NCBI GenBank assembly: GCA_046563655.1
Contig: CM102284.1
Span: forward strand, 5,580,001-5,644,000
DNA from: Yuukianura sp. NJ FZ-2021
Taxonomy: Eukaryota
DNA length: 64,000 nucleotides
Direction of reading: 5' to 3'
A program made the position numbers and the translations under genes. Under the pieces are notes generated by a model. That model was not told where the DNA came from. It searched no databases and was given only the letters and a program-made list of their open reading frames with translations. Shown one piece after another: positions 45,011 to 57,156 of the stretch; positions within the stretch are counted from its first letter, which is position 1, and every line of letters starts with the position of its first letter.

Positions 45011-47117
45011 CCAGTTTCATCAGTTTGTTCAAGTTGACTTGAATTAGACTTTGAAGAAGGAAAGTCCTGCGTGAAGAGTAATGATGGAGGACTGCTTGTG
45101 TTCTCTGAATAAATGGAATTCGTCTTAGGGGGGAAAAGCGGCGAGCGGAATCGTTTACTTCCGTTTTCCCCGGAAGTCTTTTCTACACTTTGCTTTTCCT
45201 TATAGGCTTTCCTCCCTCTTTGCCTTAATATTCCGCCCAGGTTTTCAAAATCCTTAAAGTTTTTTGCAACAAAAACTTTGGAAATGGGGTAGGAGAACTT
45301 TATTTTTGGTGCAAAAGTTCAAATTTGTGTTCACTATGTATCGTTCTTTACTGCGTGAAAAACAAAATCCAAAGAACTCCGGAGTTTGAACTCCTTCGAG
45401 CAGTACTTAATACTTTTACTTGGTAGACTTTCGATACATAAACAAATCCCAAGGTTCATTCGATAGGACGTGCAAATTTTTCACAAAATTTGCGCAACCC
45501 GCCCTCCATATTTTTTCTTGTGAAATTTACGCACTCCATTTTCGTATATTTGCCAAGTTTCCCACTTTCTCTCCTTATTTCACAAGAACTCTGGAGATTT
45601 CCATCACATTAAAAAAAATCGCATCCTTCAATCCATATTTTTTCATAACAACTTCATGTGTTTAATTTCGCAACAACGAAGCATTGTAATAGTTTAACTT
45701 TGAAAACAGAAGGGAAATGTGTCAGGATCGATTAGGTTATTAACCTAATCTTAATCTAAGCCAGGTTTAGGTGGTTCGCCTTCGCATTTTCTTTTTTGAG
45801 CTACTTTTCTCCCAAAGGTTACGGATTAATTTTGCTGAGGTTGCTAAAACCTAAACCAGGAAAATTTTGAAGTGGCTAAATTTAAAGAAAAGTGGGTTTG
45901 GCTTAAGTTTTGAGAAGCCGCTACTTTCTCCTTTGTATTTTGAAGTTCCTTTTGATAATCAAGTGAAAGTGGGTGATGAGGACTTGAGGAGCTGCCTGCT
46001 AGTGGGTTTGCTGAGAGTCTGACTTAACTTAAATAGATTAATTCCCCTTTGAGTAATTTGGTTTTGATGAAAATTAATTAAATCCCATCGGGTCAATTCA
46101 CCAGGAAAATCAAAAGGAGAAGTCGCTTTCTCTTTTGGTTTAAATTAGGAGTGGATCCTATTTGTTTGTTTCCTTCCAAGGCTCAGGCCTTGGCTTTCTG
46201 CTTTCACTTGCACAAAAGAGAAAGTTTGTTTGTCTAATGCTTGAGGCAGGAAATAACTTCAGTCGAATCAGGCACATCATTAGAACCTTCCATTGTCCGA
46301 TTCTTACAACAACCTTATCCCTTAGGACTCACGGCTTCAACTAAGGCTTGATTGAATTCTCCCTCTCTATTAAGTAAGTTAATTACTAAACTAGGGTTTG
46401 TTACAATAATTAATCTGCTTTCTTTATTCAAAATGTGTTTCAAATTGCTCAATTTTATACCTTTCGAAATGATTCACAAAGCTTTACAGAGCAGGAGCTA
46501 CTGTAGGTTTCCGATTGTTTCAAACATCGAAGGAATTTTTATAGTAGATTTTTTGCTGCTTCATTAAAATCAATAGATTTTTTTAATAAGAGAAAACGCC
46601 TTGGGAAAGCACAGAGAAAGTCGCGGATTTTACTAACTTTATTTGTCGAGACTGTACGAATGAAGTACCTCGCTTTGAGAGCCCTTGTTTTGAAAATTTG
46701 AAAAGCGTATTCAAAATGTGAAGAGCAAGTGCAGTGGAGTACTTGAACTTTTATGTTTTCTAGGGCCCTTGTCAATCTGTTGAAAATGTGGAACTCTTCA
46801 TTAGAGGAGCCCTTCTTCAAATTTAGTTGCAATTTTTTGGCTTCCCCAAGTTTCAGGAGGGTGAAAGTGAAAACCATTTTTTTTGGGCAAATTAGGTCAA
46901 TTTTTTTTGCTTCAATTTTTCAAATTAGCCGTATTAAACTGAAAACGGACTTTGCGGTTTTTCTGTTTTTTTTTCGCCTAATTCATGATTCATATAACTC
47001 TGGTTGAAGTTCATCAATCAGTATTGATCAGCGCTTTAAGTAAGCTTCAATTGAATTCTAATTGTTGATTTCCTTATTCCAAACTGCTAAAAACTCATAG
47101 AGCAAAAAATTGGTTCA

Positions 47118-47527
47118 ATGAAGAAATCTTTTTTCTGGTTTGTTGTTTTTATGTTTGGCCTGACTATGATTGGAGAAAGTACTGCAGGTATGCATTGTAA
47201 CTATTGTTATATTTTTAAATTTCAAATTTTACACATTCAAAACTGCTTTTGTTCAAATAAAGCAAAGGCAAAGAAGCTCAAATGCCCGCTGAACACTGGT
47301 TACTCAACCTGCACTGTAACGCATAACCGCTGTGGATTTCATGGACAGTGTGCTGGCGGTAAGACTTGAATTTTTAGAGTTTAATTTTAAATTTCGTTAA
47401 AATAAACTACAAAATTAACATTTTTAAATGTTGTTAATTAATTTGAAGGTTTTCATTACTTTCCTTTCCTGCAGGATTGAAATGTTGTAAGGTCAAATGC
47501 AACATGGAATGTGTCTATGGTGTCTAA
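47118..47527 (+). CDS. Secreted single-WAP-domain (waprin/crustin-like) cationic peptide (72 aa, 3 exons)
   Basis: Exons 47118-47187, 47263-47358, 47475-47527 give MKKSFFWFVVFMFGLTMIGESTAAKAKKLKCPLNTGYSTCTVTHNRCGFHGQCAGGLKCCKVKCNMECVYGV*. Signal peptide plus 8 Cys spaced C-x8-C-x6-C-x5-C-x5-CC-x3-C-x3-C, matching a four-disulfide core. Confidence 0.85.
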
Positions 47528-47664
47528 AAGTGTTAAAATAGTCAAATTTAGCACAGAAATTGTATTAACATGAAGGAGATTCAATTTTAAACAAATGAAT
47601 TAAAAGTTAAAATCATAAAAAAAACCTAGTTTATTTTAATTTAGACTAATTTTTAACGCTTGAT

Positions 47665-49640
47665 CTAAAACATGACTGGCACAAAGTCGTCTAGACTTCT
47701 TTTTCCACCGCTGTTTGAGACTGAGAAGAAAATAATGTTGCCCAAAATAAATGACGCCATTAGACCAGCTTTAACGAACCTAAAAAAGCAATAACGCACA
47801 GATTAATATTAAATTTAACTCAATTAAAGTTGGATCTTACAAATTAACTAGGTCAAATAGTTGACCAATTCGTTTCTTGAGGCTATGCTGTTCCGTGGCT
47901 GGATGATTGCGTGTATTGACCAATGTCTCCACGTCGTCTGTCCCTGTTGACTCTCTGCGCTGTTGAGGCGTCATTTCCAGTGCCTGATTCGTTCTGATTG
48001 GAGTACCAAAGTAGTTGGCAACCAGCGAATCTGTGTTTATAAATAGTGATAAATAGTTAATATAAATAATATTTCATAAAAGTTCTCGTATCAACTTCTG
48101 CTCACCAATTAAACAGAAGATGACATGGAAAACACAGAGGGTGAAATAGACGTCCAACCGAGTACTGTAAGAGATCCTTGGCAAGTCTGAACTTTCTGCA
48201 GCCATAATTATGTTGATAACACAAATCTGCAATAAAATAGATTTAAGTTTAAACTAACTTTAACAATGATATTTAAACAAAAGATTGAACAATCAACTTA
48301 CATTAATGAAATTGATCACTACTGCCACTTTGTCACTTGCAAGCCACAGAGAAAGTAAAGAAATGAAAACAAATAGACACAAGGGCATGAAAAATCTGGA
48401 CAAATAACTTCCATGTGATCGTTCGACCAAAATTTCAACTGCCAGTCTCGAATAGTTTCCTACACAAAATACGAAAACAAATATAAAACACGTGATATAT
48501 TTGGAAAGCTTAGGATTTATGACATGTTTGCTAACCAGTAGTCAGTGCTACTTCAAATTTTCTGGAGCGATGACCTATGACCTTGAATTCCGGAAGAGAG
48601 ACGTCTGACGCTATTCCTACTGAATCTCTTTCACTTCGCCCGAACCAAGTGTACCAAACGTCACTCATAGTGAATCCGTAACTTTCAAATTCCAAATTAC
48701 AAAGTTGCTGGTCAAACGGAAAGTAACTTAGATCCATTGGACACATTGCAGCGACAGTGTATCTGGAATACAAACCAAAGTGCTAAATTCTGTCTATGTA
48801 GATTAACCTTTGACCTCTTTTAAATTTCTGGCTTTTCTCACCTTTGTGATTTGAGAACCAGCCCATTTGAACTGATTCTGACAAACGAATTCGGAACAAA
48901 AGTTTGATGCTGGAAGGAATTGACTTCGTTCACAACAAATGTATCGGGCTCCCAAATTTTGTTAATGTCATCCCCTGAAAGCTATAAGTAGTATAAGTGT
49001 TATGTTGAAATGTTAGCAATTCAAGTTCGAAAATTTTCAAAATTTCATAACCTAGAGAACCAAAACATGCTAACCGTGAAAGAGTCAATCCCTGTGATGT
49101 TTAGATGATCAAATTTGAGGCGATTGTCGTTCCATTTTTGACGAAAATATAGATTTGTGGTGAAAGTCTGAAAAAATGTTTAAACTCGGTAACTAAAATA
49201 CAAAGCAAATAAAAATAAAATGAAAGCATAGTTGCGCGTCTTTACCATATCAAGTTGGTTTATCTCTGTTAACGCAAGTACATACATAGATACTTCCACT
49301 CTCACTGGCTCGGCTTATTGCAAATATAAAAAAAAGCATTAACTTTTAATCATTTTACATTGAAATTTTTTAATTGTAGCTTAATTGCAAACTAAACTTG
49401 CAATTACCTCCAACGTTTGGTCGAATTCCTTTTTCATAATTAGTAAACAACTTGGTCCGTAAGTCTTGGTGTAATTTGTCCATTCTATTTTTTAAAATGA
49501 GTGTTTTTGTGTGTGAAAAATCAAAAAAAAAAGTTGTGTTTTCATAATTTGAAAACTTACGCCGTGACGTGCGTGTTTGTGAAAAAGAGAAAGCAGGCAA
49601 GTGAAAGTAGATGCCCAAGATGTGCAAAATTTCCCTTCAT
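47665..49640 (-). CDS. Cys-loop ligand-gated ion channel subunit with RDL/GABA-receptor-like extracellular domain and divergent TM region (~422 aa, 10 exons)
   Basis: Exons 49640-49561, 49484-49408, 49313-49246, 49167-49075, 48981-48842, 48762-48536, 48459-48302, 48226-48106, 48030-47841, 47779-47665 (1269 nt). Signal peptide; YEKGIRP, YFRQKWNDNRL, IWEPDTF, Cys loop CPMDLSYFPFDQQLC, ESYGFT, LPEF, LTTGNYSRL, LPRISY, LDVY; four hydrophobic segments. Confidence 0.92.
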
Positions 49641-51067
49641 TTTCCTCGCGTCTTTTTCTGAACCGGTCCAACTAAAAACTGAAATTTTTTAAAGTGTTTC
49701 ATCAGCACTATAAGTTAAGTAGGGTTATCTAATTATTTCCCACTTTAATCTCCTTAACCCTCACGACCTATTTTTTCTATAAAAAAAAATCAAGCTCATC
49801 TCTACATGCCAATTGACGCATCTTTGACTCAAACTAGCCCATGAACTTAAGTAGTAGTTTGAGTTTTAGTGTTTTTAGTAGTTAGACAGCGGATGTCGTT
49901 GAGGGTAGTTTGAGTTGTGTAAGATGAAAAATAGAGTTTGCCAATTAAGATTTGATTGACGGAGAGCCTGACATTTCCTTCGTAATTTGAGTTCACTTGG
50001 AGTCGACTACAGATGAAGCTGATTTGAGTAGCTGAATTGCCTTAAGCTTTGGGATTCTAGATCTGAGATGTAGAAATCTAAAAATAGGAGATTTCAAACA
50101 TAAGTGGAGATGGAGATGAAGTGATAAAATGGAGTGGGACATATGGCGACAAAACGAATTCAATTTGAATGTTAAGCGACTGTTCATGCAGAATAACAAG
50201 GGACAAGATGTGGTTTCTTCAGCCATTTTGAAAGCTGCCGCTTAAAAACCGAAACGCTGATGTTGCTAAGGCTGTTTCCAGGCTCTCCAAGCATCACGAG
50301 ATTCAACTTTTCTCCATTTGATTCAATTGAGTCAATGATTTTCCCTTGTGACATCTACTACTGAAAGATGCGGTTTCATTATTCCGAGAAATTCTTGTTC
50401 AAAATCTTCTCTCTTTTGAAAAAAATGTGTTGTACAACTTTTCACACAGTTTGTTTACATTTCTCATGAATTGTGGTTTTGTCAATGTAATTTATAACGT
50501 GGGTGGTACCGTGGGCTGTGGAGTTTTGACATTCTCTGAGCTTTTGCGTGATAATTACAAGATTTTCTTTACATGTAAATTTTGAAGGTCTATGGCTTAT
50601 ATTTTCGATTGTTTTAGAACATGGGTAATGCCAATTATTTTGAGAATAGTTGACTTTTACTTTCCCCTGAGATGATAATGATGATCTATAGAAAATTGGC
50701 GTGTTCACACTTTTTCATCACTGTGGTTTTATCGCTCCTTGTGTTGGTCACCACTAAGCATATAAAATTAAAGTCACGCTAAAAACCACTTTGGAAACCT
50801 AAATTACTAAAACCGGAAGCAGGAAATGAGTTTTTAGAGCGCTAAGAACAACTTCCAAAACATGAGCTTCCATTGTTATTCACACACAAAAATTCCAGTT
50901 TTTTGTTCAAAAATTTAAAATAATTGCTTCCAGAGGTCCAAATGCTAAAAAATTGCGAACTTCCAGACAATTATGAATAATCGAGTTGGTCCAGTTGCTG
51001 TCGCTAGCGTTAGTTGCTTAGTGCGTTGCTAGTTGCGCAATTGCTCCTAAGTTCTTGTAGTTGCGTT

Positions 51068-52695
51068 ATGGCTATGCCCGAGTACTTGAAGTCTCTATCC
51101 CTTAAGATTCCAAGGGGAGCAAATATCGTTGAACCAGAAGAGGTTGGGCCCTTGGAAGAATTTCGGACGCGCGTAAGCAAAATCTACCCTCTTCCAGATG
51201 CAAAGCTCTTGGCATGGCTGAGAGCTCGGAATTTAAATGTCGACAAAGCAGAACAAATGCTTCGAAAACACTTGATTTGGCGTAAGAACAATGAAATCGG
51301 AAAACTCATGTTGTGGGAAAGTCCGAAGAGCTACTTCCCTTACCTTCACTCTGGTTTTGACAGAGAGGGAACTCCAATTTTCATTTTGGTAATTTACTTT
51401 TTAAAAATTTCAACCGAAAAAATTTCCAAACAAATCTGGATCTGTCAAAACGAAACAAATCTTGACAAGGAATCTAACAACAGCTGAAGAGAAAGTCACA
51501 GATTTTTTGAAGTTGACAAATGATCATGACTGGTCTAAGCGAAAGACGCTACATACCAAATGTTTCTAAAAACATTTTCAAAATTGTTGTTCTTTTTTAA
51601 AAACAGCCCATTGGACAGTGGGACTTGAAAGGATGTATTGAAACAGGAGAGATGGTTCCGGCTATGAAATTTACGTATCAGACGCTAGAAACTTTGGTTT
51701 CTGCTGGTGCGATTGTGGGCATTCACCAGGGAATTGTGATTTTGGATTTTGATGGATTCACTTATAGCCAAATTGCTCATCGGACTGTAATCCAAGGACT
51801 AATCGAAACAGTTCGAGTTTTTGAAGCAAATTATCCAGAGGTAATTTTGAACAAGAGTTTTTCGAAAATGAGAAAAAAGTGGCTGTACTTTGCCGTACAA
51901 CAATATTTTTTTTACGTTAAAAATTTTTCCACTGAAAAGTACAGGTGTGCCTTTCCATCTATGTGTTGAGTACGGGATGCTCGAAGTTTTGGAAACTTTT
52001 TTTTTTTAATTTTTTTTTCGTATTTTTGTTTTTTTTAATCAAAATTTCAGATTTTGAAAGCCGGTTACGTCATAAACGCTCCGATGGTGTTCAACATCGT
52101 GTACTCCATTGTCAAACCACTGCTACACTCTCGGACGCTTTCAAAAATTCAAATTTTCAAATCCGATCCAGTAAAATGGAAGCAAGCTCTGCTGCAAAAC
52201 ATAGACAAAAGTCAACTACCGCCGCATTGGGGTGGAACTCGACCAGGATCAGATCAATTTTGTTCCTCTGACTGGTTGACCTCTGACCTCCCGCCGTACT
52301 ACTTCCGCAAGTCCTCTGCCTACTTTGATGAGAGCGGTGAAGAGTGGACGTCCATAAAAATTTCGGCAGGAGAAGTTTTGAAGTTTCCTTATACAGTACC
52401 GGATGGAATTGGAAATAGTTTGGGGAAAGTGCTGTCTTGGGCTTTCTATACTGCTGGAAGTGCAGAGGACATGGACTTTACTATTATTCATGAAAAAACT
52501 AAAACTTATTTAATTGAGAAACGACGAGTCGTGAGTTCTGAAAATTCAAAGGAAACGGGAAGTGTCAATGTTAAGGAATCCGGAAAACATGTTTTGCAAT
52601 TTGATAACAGTTGGAGTAATCGGTCAAAAACGTTGCACTACTCACTTACTTTCACTTCATGTTCGGAAACAGAATTTCAGCATAACATAATGTAA
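51068..52695 (+). CDS. SEC14-like lipid-binding protein (CRAL-TRIO + GOLD; ~399 aa from ATG 51068, 3 exons)
   Basis: Exons 51068-51388, 51607-51840, 52051-52695. CRAL-TRIO_N LLAWLRARNLNVDKAEQMLRKHLIWRK; GFDREGTP, ILDFDG, FEANYPE, YVINAP, IDKSQLPPHWGGT; GOLD domain LSWAF..LQFDNSWS. The start codon is uncertain. Confidence 0.9.
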
Positions 52696-53590
52696 GTAAG
52701 CCTAACAAAACCTGAATAACGTAGTAACCTAGCTTGAACATACAAAGCTTCCAAGAAAATGACCTCGGTGGATGCATTGTCCGCGGGAAAAGTCAACAAC
52801 AGTTTCGTTTTTTCTTAGTTGCTTTGTGCCAAATCTAAATCTGTGAGGCAATGGAGTAGAACAAACAAATAGAAAGTGAAAGAAGTGTAATAAAACGTTA
52901 TGAGATTGGCCACCCGACGTTAACTTTTTTCTAACCGACTTTCACCGGACTTTCACTTTTTCTGAGACATTTTTCAGTAGGATTTCTGGATTCAAGAAAA
53001 GCCTGACCTGCACAGCGTGACACTGAAAATCTTTTTTCGATTTCCAGAAACAGCGCAGCGTAAAGGTGTAATGTTCAGGAAGCGTCGTCTTCCTCTTCTT
53101 TCTCTCCATTGTTACGACTTTGATTTTTTTAAGAATGAAATTGGTTGGTTTTTGTGATTTTTTTTGGATGTTGGAGAATGGACTTAGGTCTCTTGGTATA
53201 ATGGAGACTAATGGTCCGAGAATGACAAATTGTTCAAAATTTTCAGGTTGATGGGTTAGGAGGATTGAATTCGAATTCAATTGAATTTTCTTTTCGATTT
53301 TTCCATTTTCTTACTTCTGTTCAACTTCATTTCACTTTCTTGGCAAAGTGAAGTCCAACTTTTCCAAAGTCCGATTTCATTGGCTCATAAATATTGGTGG
53401 GAAGAATGCCAATGAAAATCCACTTTCTCCAGAAAATATTCTTGTATAAAAGGATCTGTCCATATGCTTTTTCTGGACCTTTCGTTATGCAATAACCAGT
53501 GATAAGAAATCGGCCTGCCGGGGCAGGTAGATAGGCCAAACCCATGTACCCCCGCGTAATGCGTTTTTATAGGTAGGTTTGGATATGGAA

Positions 53591-53650
53591 CCAATCAGGT
53601 TGTCAGACTCCGAGTCCAGCAGCCAATCAAAGCGTCAGACTCCGAGTCCA
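53591..53650 (+). repeat. Two-copy 28-bp direct repeat with CCAAT box (period 32)
   Basis: CCAATCAGGTTGTCAGACTCCGAGTCCA (53591-53618) and CCAATCAAAGCGTCAGACTCCGAGTCCA (53623-53650). Confidence 0.7.
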
Positions 53651-56600
53651 TATACCACCATATATCCGGTGATGGCGGGAAGAGAAATCACTCCACATTA
53701 CACCTAGGCTATATGAGTGATCACCCCATATTCCAAAATCCCACTCCACTCGGCGAAACTCGTGAGGCCGAGTAAACATCGGAGAAGGGGGGGAGATGAG
53801 GGGAAGAGAAAGTTTTCATTAACTCCTTTCTCCACCCTTTGGCGATTCAATGAGGATGCTTTTTTCAATGTGCAATAACGCTCATAACCTAAACATAGTC
53901 TAACATGGCCTATTCTCTTCAAATGGTTTATGGTTTTCAACTTCTTCTGAACCATGGCCTAACCTTGCCAAAAAATGACAACCAAAATATACGCTAAAAA
54001 CGAAAAATTTTCGAGAAAAAAAATGTAACCGTAGGATACTCGATGACTTAGCGAGCAAAGGTGAAAGCTTTATTTAACAATTCAACTTTGAAAACCTACT
54101 TTTTAATAGAAAGTTTTTACAAGAAGAATTCAGTCAGTGTTTGCACACATGCTTATGTATTTTGGAAAAGTATTTCAAAATTCCTTTCAGTTTATTTGCG
54201 AAACTAAACTTCCAAACTGAATTGAACAGAAAAACCAGAAAGTTTTTCTAATACTTTTTCAGTTCTAAGTTGCGTTCTTAGAAAACAGCTCCATGCTGTT
54301 AGTTTTCTAACTAAAAACCTACTTTCACTTCCCAAGTTCTACTTATTTCCAAAAAACGTAAACAATACGAAAAGAAAGTTTTCGGCTGTTTGACATTTTG
54401 CTTTCAGAGTCGACATTTTCCCTCTTCCTCTTGACTCTTCCTAATGAATCTTCGGCTTGGATTTCAACTTTTCCCAACAACTTTCTACAAAATAGAAAAA
54501 ACGAAACGAAATTCTTTGAAGATATATTTTAACTCTAAAAAATTCCTAAACAATTCTCAGATCCAACCAATGCCCGAGGCATTTTCCATGTTAATTTTAA
54601 AACTTTCACCCAAAAGTAATTCAAAAATTCATAGCTCCAATATTATTAGAGTGCGTAGCTAAAAAATAACTTTTGCCCAAATAAATGAATCACCAAAACA
54701 TCAACAGAATTTTGCATGTATGCGCTAATTTAAGACGAAAAGTTTCAAATTCAAAATGGTCTTTCTAAACATGTATTTTTCGAATCCAAATTTCGAATTT
54801 AAAAAAAAGCGGGGAATCCATCACTATTCTTGTTTATTTTCTTTTTTGAAAAAGGAGAAAGTTAAAAGTAGGTTTTCAAGTGGGAATAACTATTCCCATC
54901 ACCATTAGTCTCTCGTCCAACTTCAGTTTCAACTTTTCTTGAAGAAAGTAGTTGCATAGTCACTCAGATAAAAAACTATAGCACAACTAACCTACTCTTA
55001 AGTTAGTAGCGTAACCATCCAAACGTCTAGTAGAAGCCTAACCTTCCTAACCTAACTTAAGAAGAGAAAGTAGGAAGTAAGTTCTTAATGGAATGGAATG
55101 ACAAGCCTTTCTCTACTTAAACCCAAATCCAAAACAACCCAAACTGTCTCCTTTCCTCTTCTATTACTTCTTATTGCCTCTGGATTTCCTTCCGCCCAAC
55201 ACTAAACACTTTTGTTTCCTCCTTCTCACATTCTTCCTTCCTCCAGCCGATGCTGCATTGTACTTCTCCAGCATAGTGCCCGGATTTCGACAAAATTTGA
55301 AGCTTTCTGCGAGCTTTTCCTGTTGGAAACTCCGAGTTTCTGTTCTTTCCCAAAAGTTTGTGTTGTGAAGAAGGCAGTAGGAACTGGAGAAACATTTAGA
55401 CTGAAGGTAGGACTTGTGCTGCTATGCTGAAATGGTTCTCTTGGGACTTACTTTCTTCGTCTTCCAGGACTTTGTTCCTCCAGAAAGTAAACTGGAAAGA
55501 TAAAGGTGAAGAAACACGTTCCAAAAGGAAAAAAGAGGAATCGATTCCTATTTTTTTACTCTACGTTTCTTACGAAATGAACTTCACTCAAGCAAAAAAA
55601 TTCTAGTCTTAGGCATTTTTTTGAAAAGAAAAGCAGAAAAACGGAAATTTTCACGCTAATATTCAGTTCCACTTCCAATGGCCTCCACACGGCTTTTTGA
55701 ATTAGTATTTTTTTCAACTCTCAGTTTTTACAAATTTTGGAAATCCAAAGACGAAAAAAATTGAAATTCTATTGACTAGTTCCAAGTCCATTTCTATTGA
55801 TCCTCATCTCCCTTTCTAAAGTTCTGAGAAGGAGCTGGAGGAAAACTTAAAATTGAAATTCCTCTTTGGGCTGAAAGTTCTTTCTTTAGAACAAGTTTTC
55901 TTTTCATTGAGTTCCAGGAGTTCTCGGAATAAGGGCTCTTCTAAGGGCCCCTCCTCCTTAATGCACTTATGGATATTAAAAGACTTCTTCTTACTTCCTA
56001 TTCAAATTCTGGAAACCTCCCCAGCCCCCTTTCCCATTCACTAGTCAAAGGAATTGTGCTGCTCCAATTCCAATTTGGCCGAGTACTTTCTCTCAACCAA
56101 GGAGAAAGCAGCTAGGGGTGAATCTTGCCCAAATTCTGAATCTTCGATTTCGAAGTTTTAAAAAGTTCTGCCAAAGCTTGGAGGAAAAACTTCGGGCGTC
56201 TTTGTTGTTTGAAGAAAAGCAAATGGAAAAATGTTCATATGCAAAGGTAGTTGTAGGCAGCTGAGTTTCATTTCCTCATGTCGATTTGTGGAAGAAAGAG
56301 TAATCATAGGAAGAAAGCCTTTCTACTCCAGGGATTTCTATTTCCAATTCGAATTCTTTCATTTTTTTTTGTCTTTCTGTTGATATATTTTCTTCAATTC
56401 CAACTATACTGTTTCATTTCATCTTGGAACCAAAATCTTTTTTTGATTTGAGTGTATGTCTGTCTCTCAGGATTCTTCTGAGGAGACTGTCTTTGTGTCC
56501 TGATTGCTTTCTTTTATGTCTTCGTTTTTTCTGGGGTTTTCGTGTTTTTTCAAGAACGGTTTTCTCTGATCCGTTTTTAGTTTCTCTTTCTAAACTAAAC

Positions 56601-57156
56601 ATAAGACTATGATCCATATTTCTTTAAACTTTGTTTGGTTTTCTCTGATAAACTCAAATGCAATGCAACATAACTTGAAGAAGCAAAACGTAACCATAAC
56701 CTTTAACGAACCTCAAATCCTTCAACCTAACCTTAACAAAGCAAAGGCCTAATCAATAGAAGTTTTGGTCCAGAGAATTTGTAAGTTCCGTTTAATGTGT
56801 CCAATTTATGTTCTTCGACTTATGTAACTATGACTGTCATGTAAGCTGAAATTAAAAAAAATTGTCGACAAAATGTGTTTTTTTGGTAAAAAAAAGTTTG
56901 AAAATTCAAAATTGTCAATATAGTAATAATTTTGGAATTTGAAAAAGTTATCCAACTATAAGTGTAAGAGTTTCGAAAATAGTCGAAAAAATTGCGACAT
57001 TAATAAGCGGAAGTAAAGTTTTCGTTTTTCGTCTTCGATTTTGGAGAACAAGGGTGAGATAATATAGTGAAGAGGATTGGATTGAAGTACAGTGGATTCT
57101 CTAAATAAGGGAAAAAATCACGATTGGAGGATTGGTAGCAGGCGCCTCCCCCAGTA

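Noticed and set aside
47665-49640. Canonical Rdl or LCCH3 orthologue
   Set aside because: M2 lacks PAR and TTVLT, which are essentially invariant in those orthologues, and the M3-M4 loop is short.
55257-55266. miR-305-like ATTGTACTTC
   Set aside because: Only 10 nt match; no convincing precursor.
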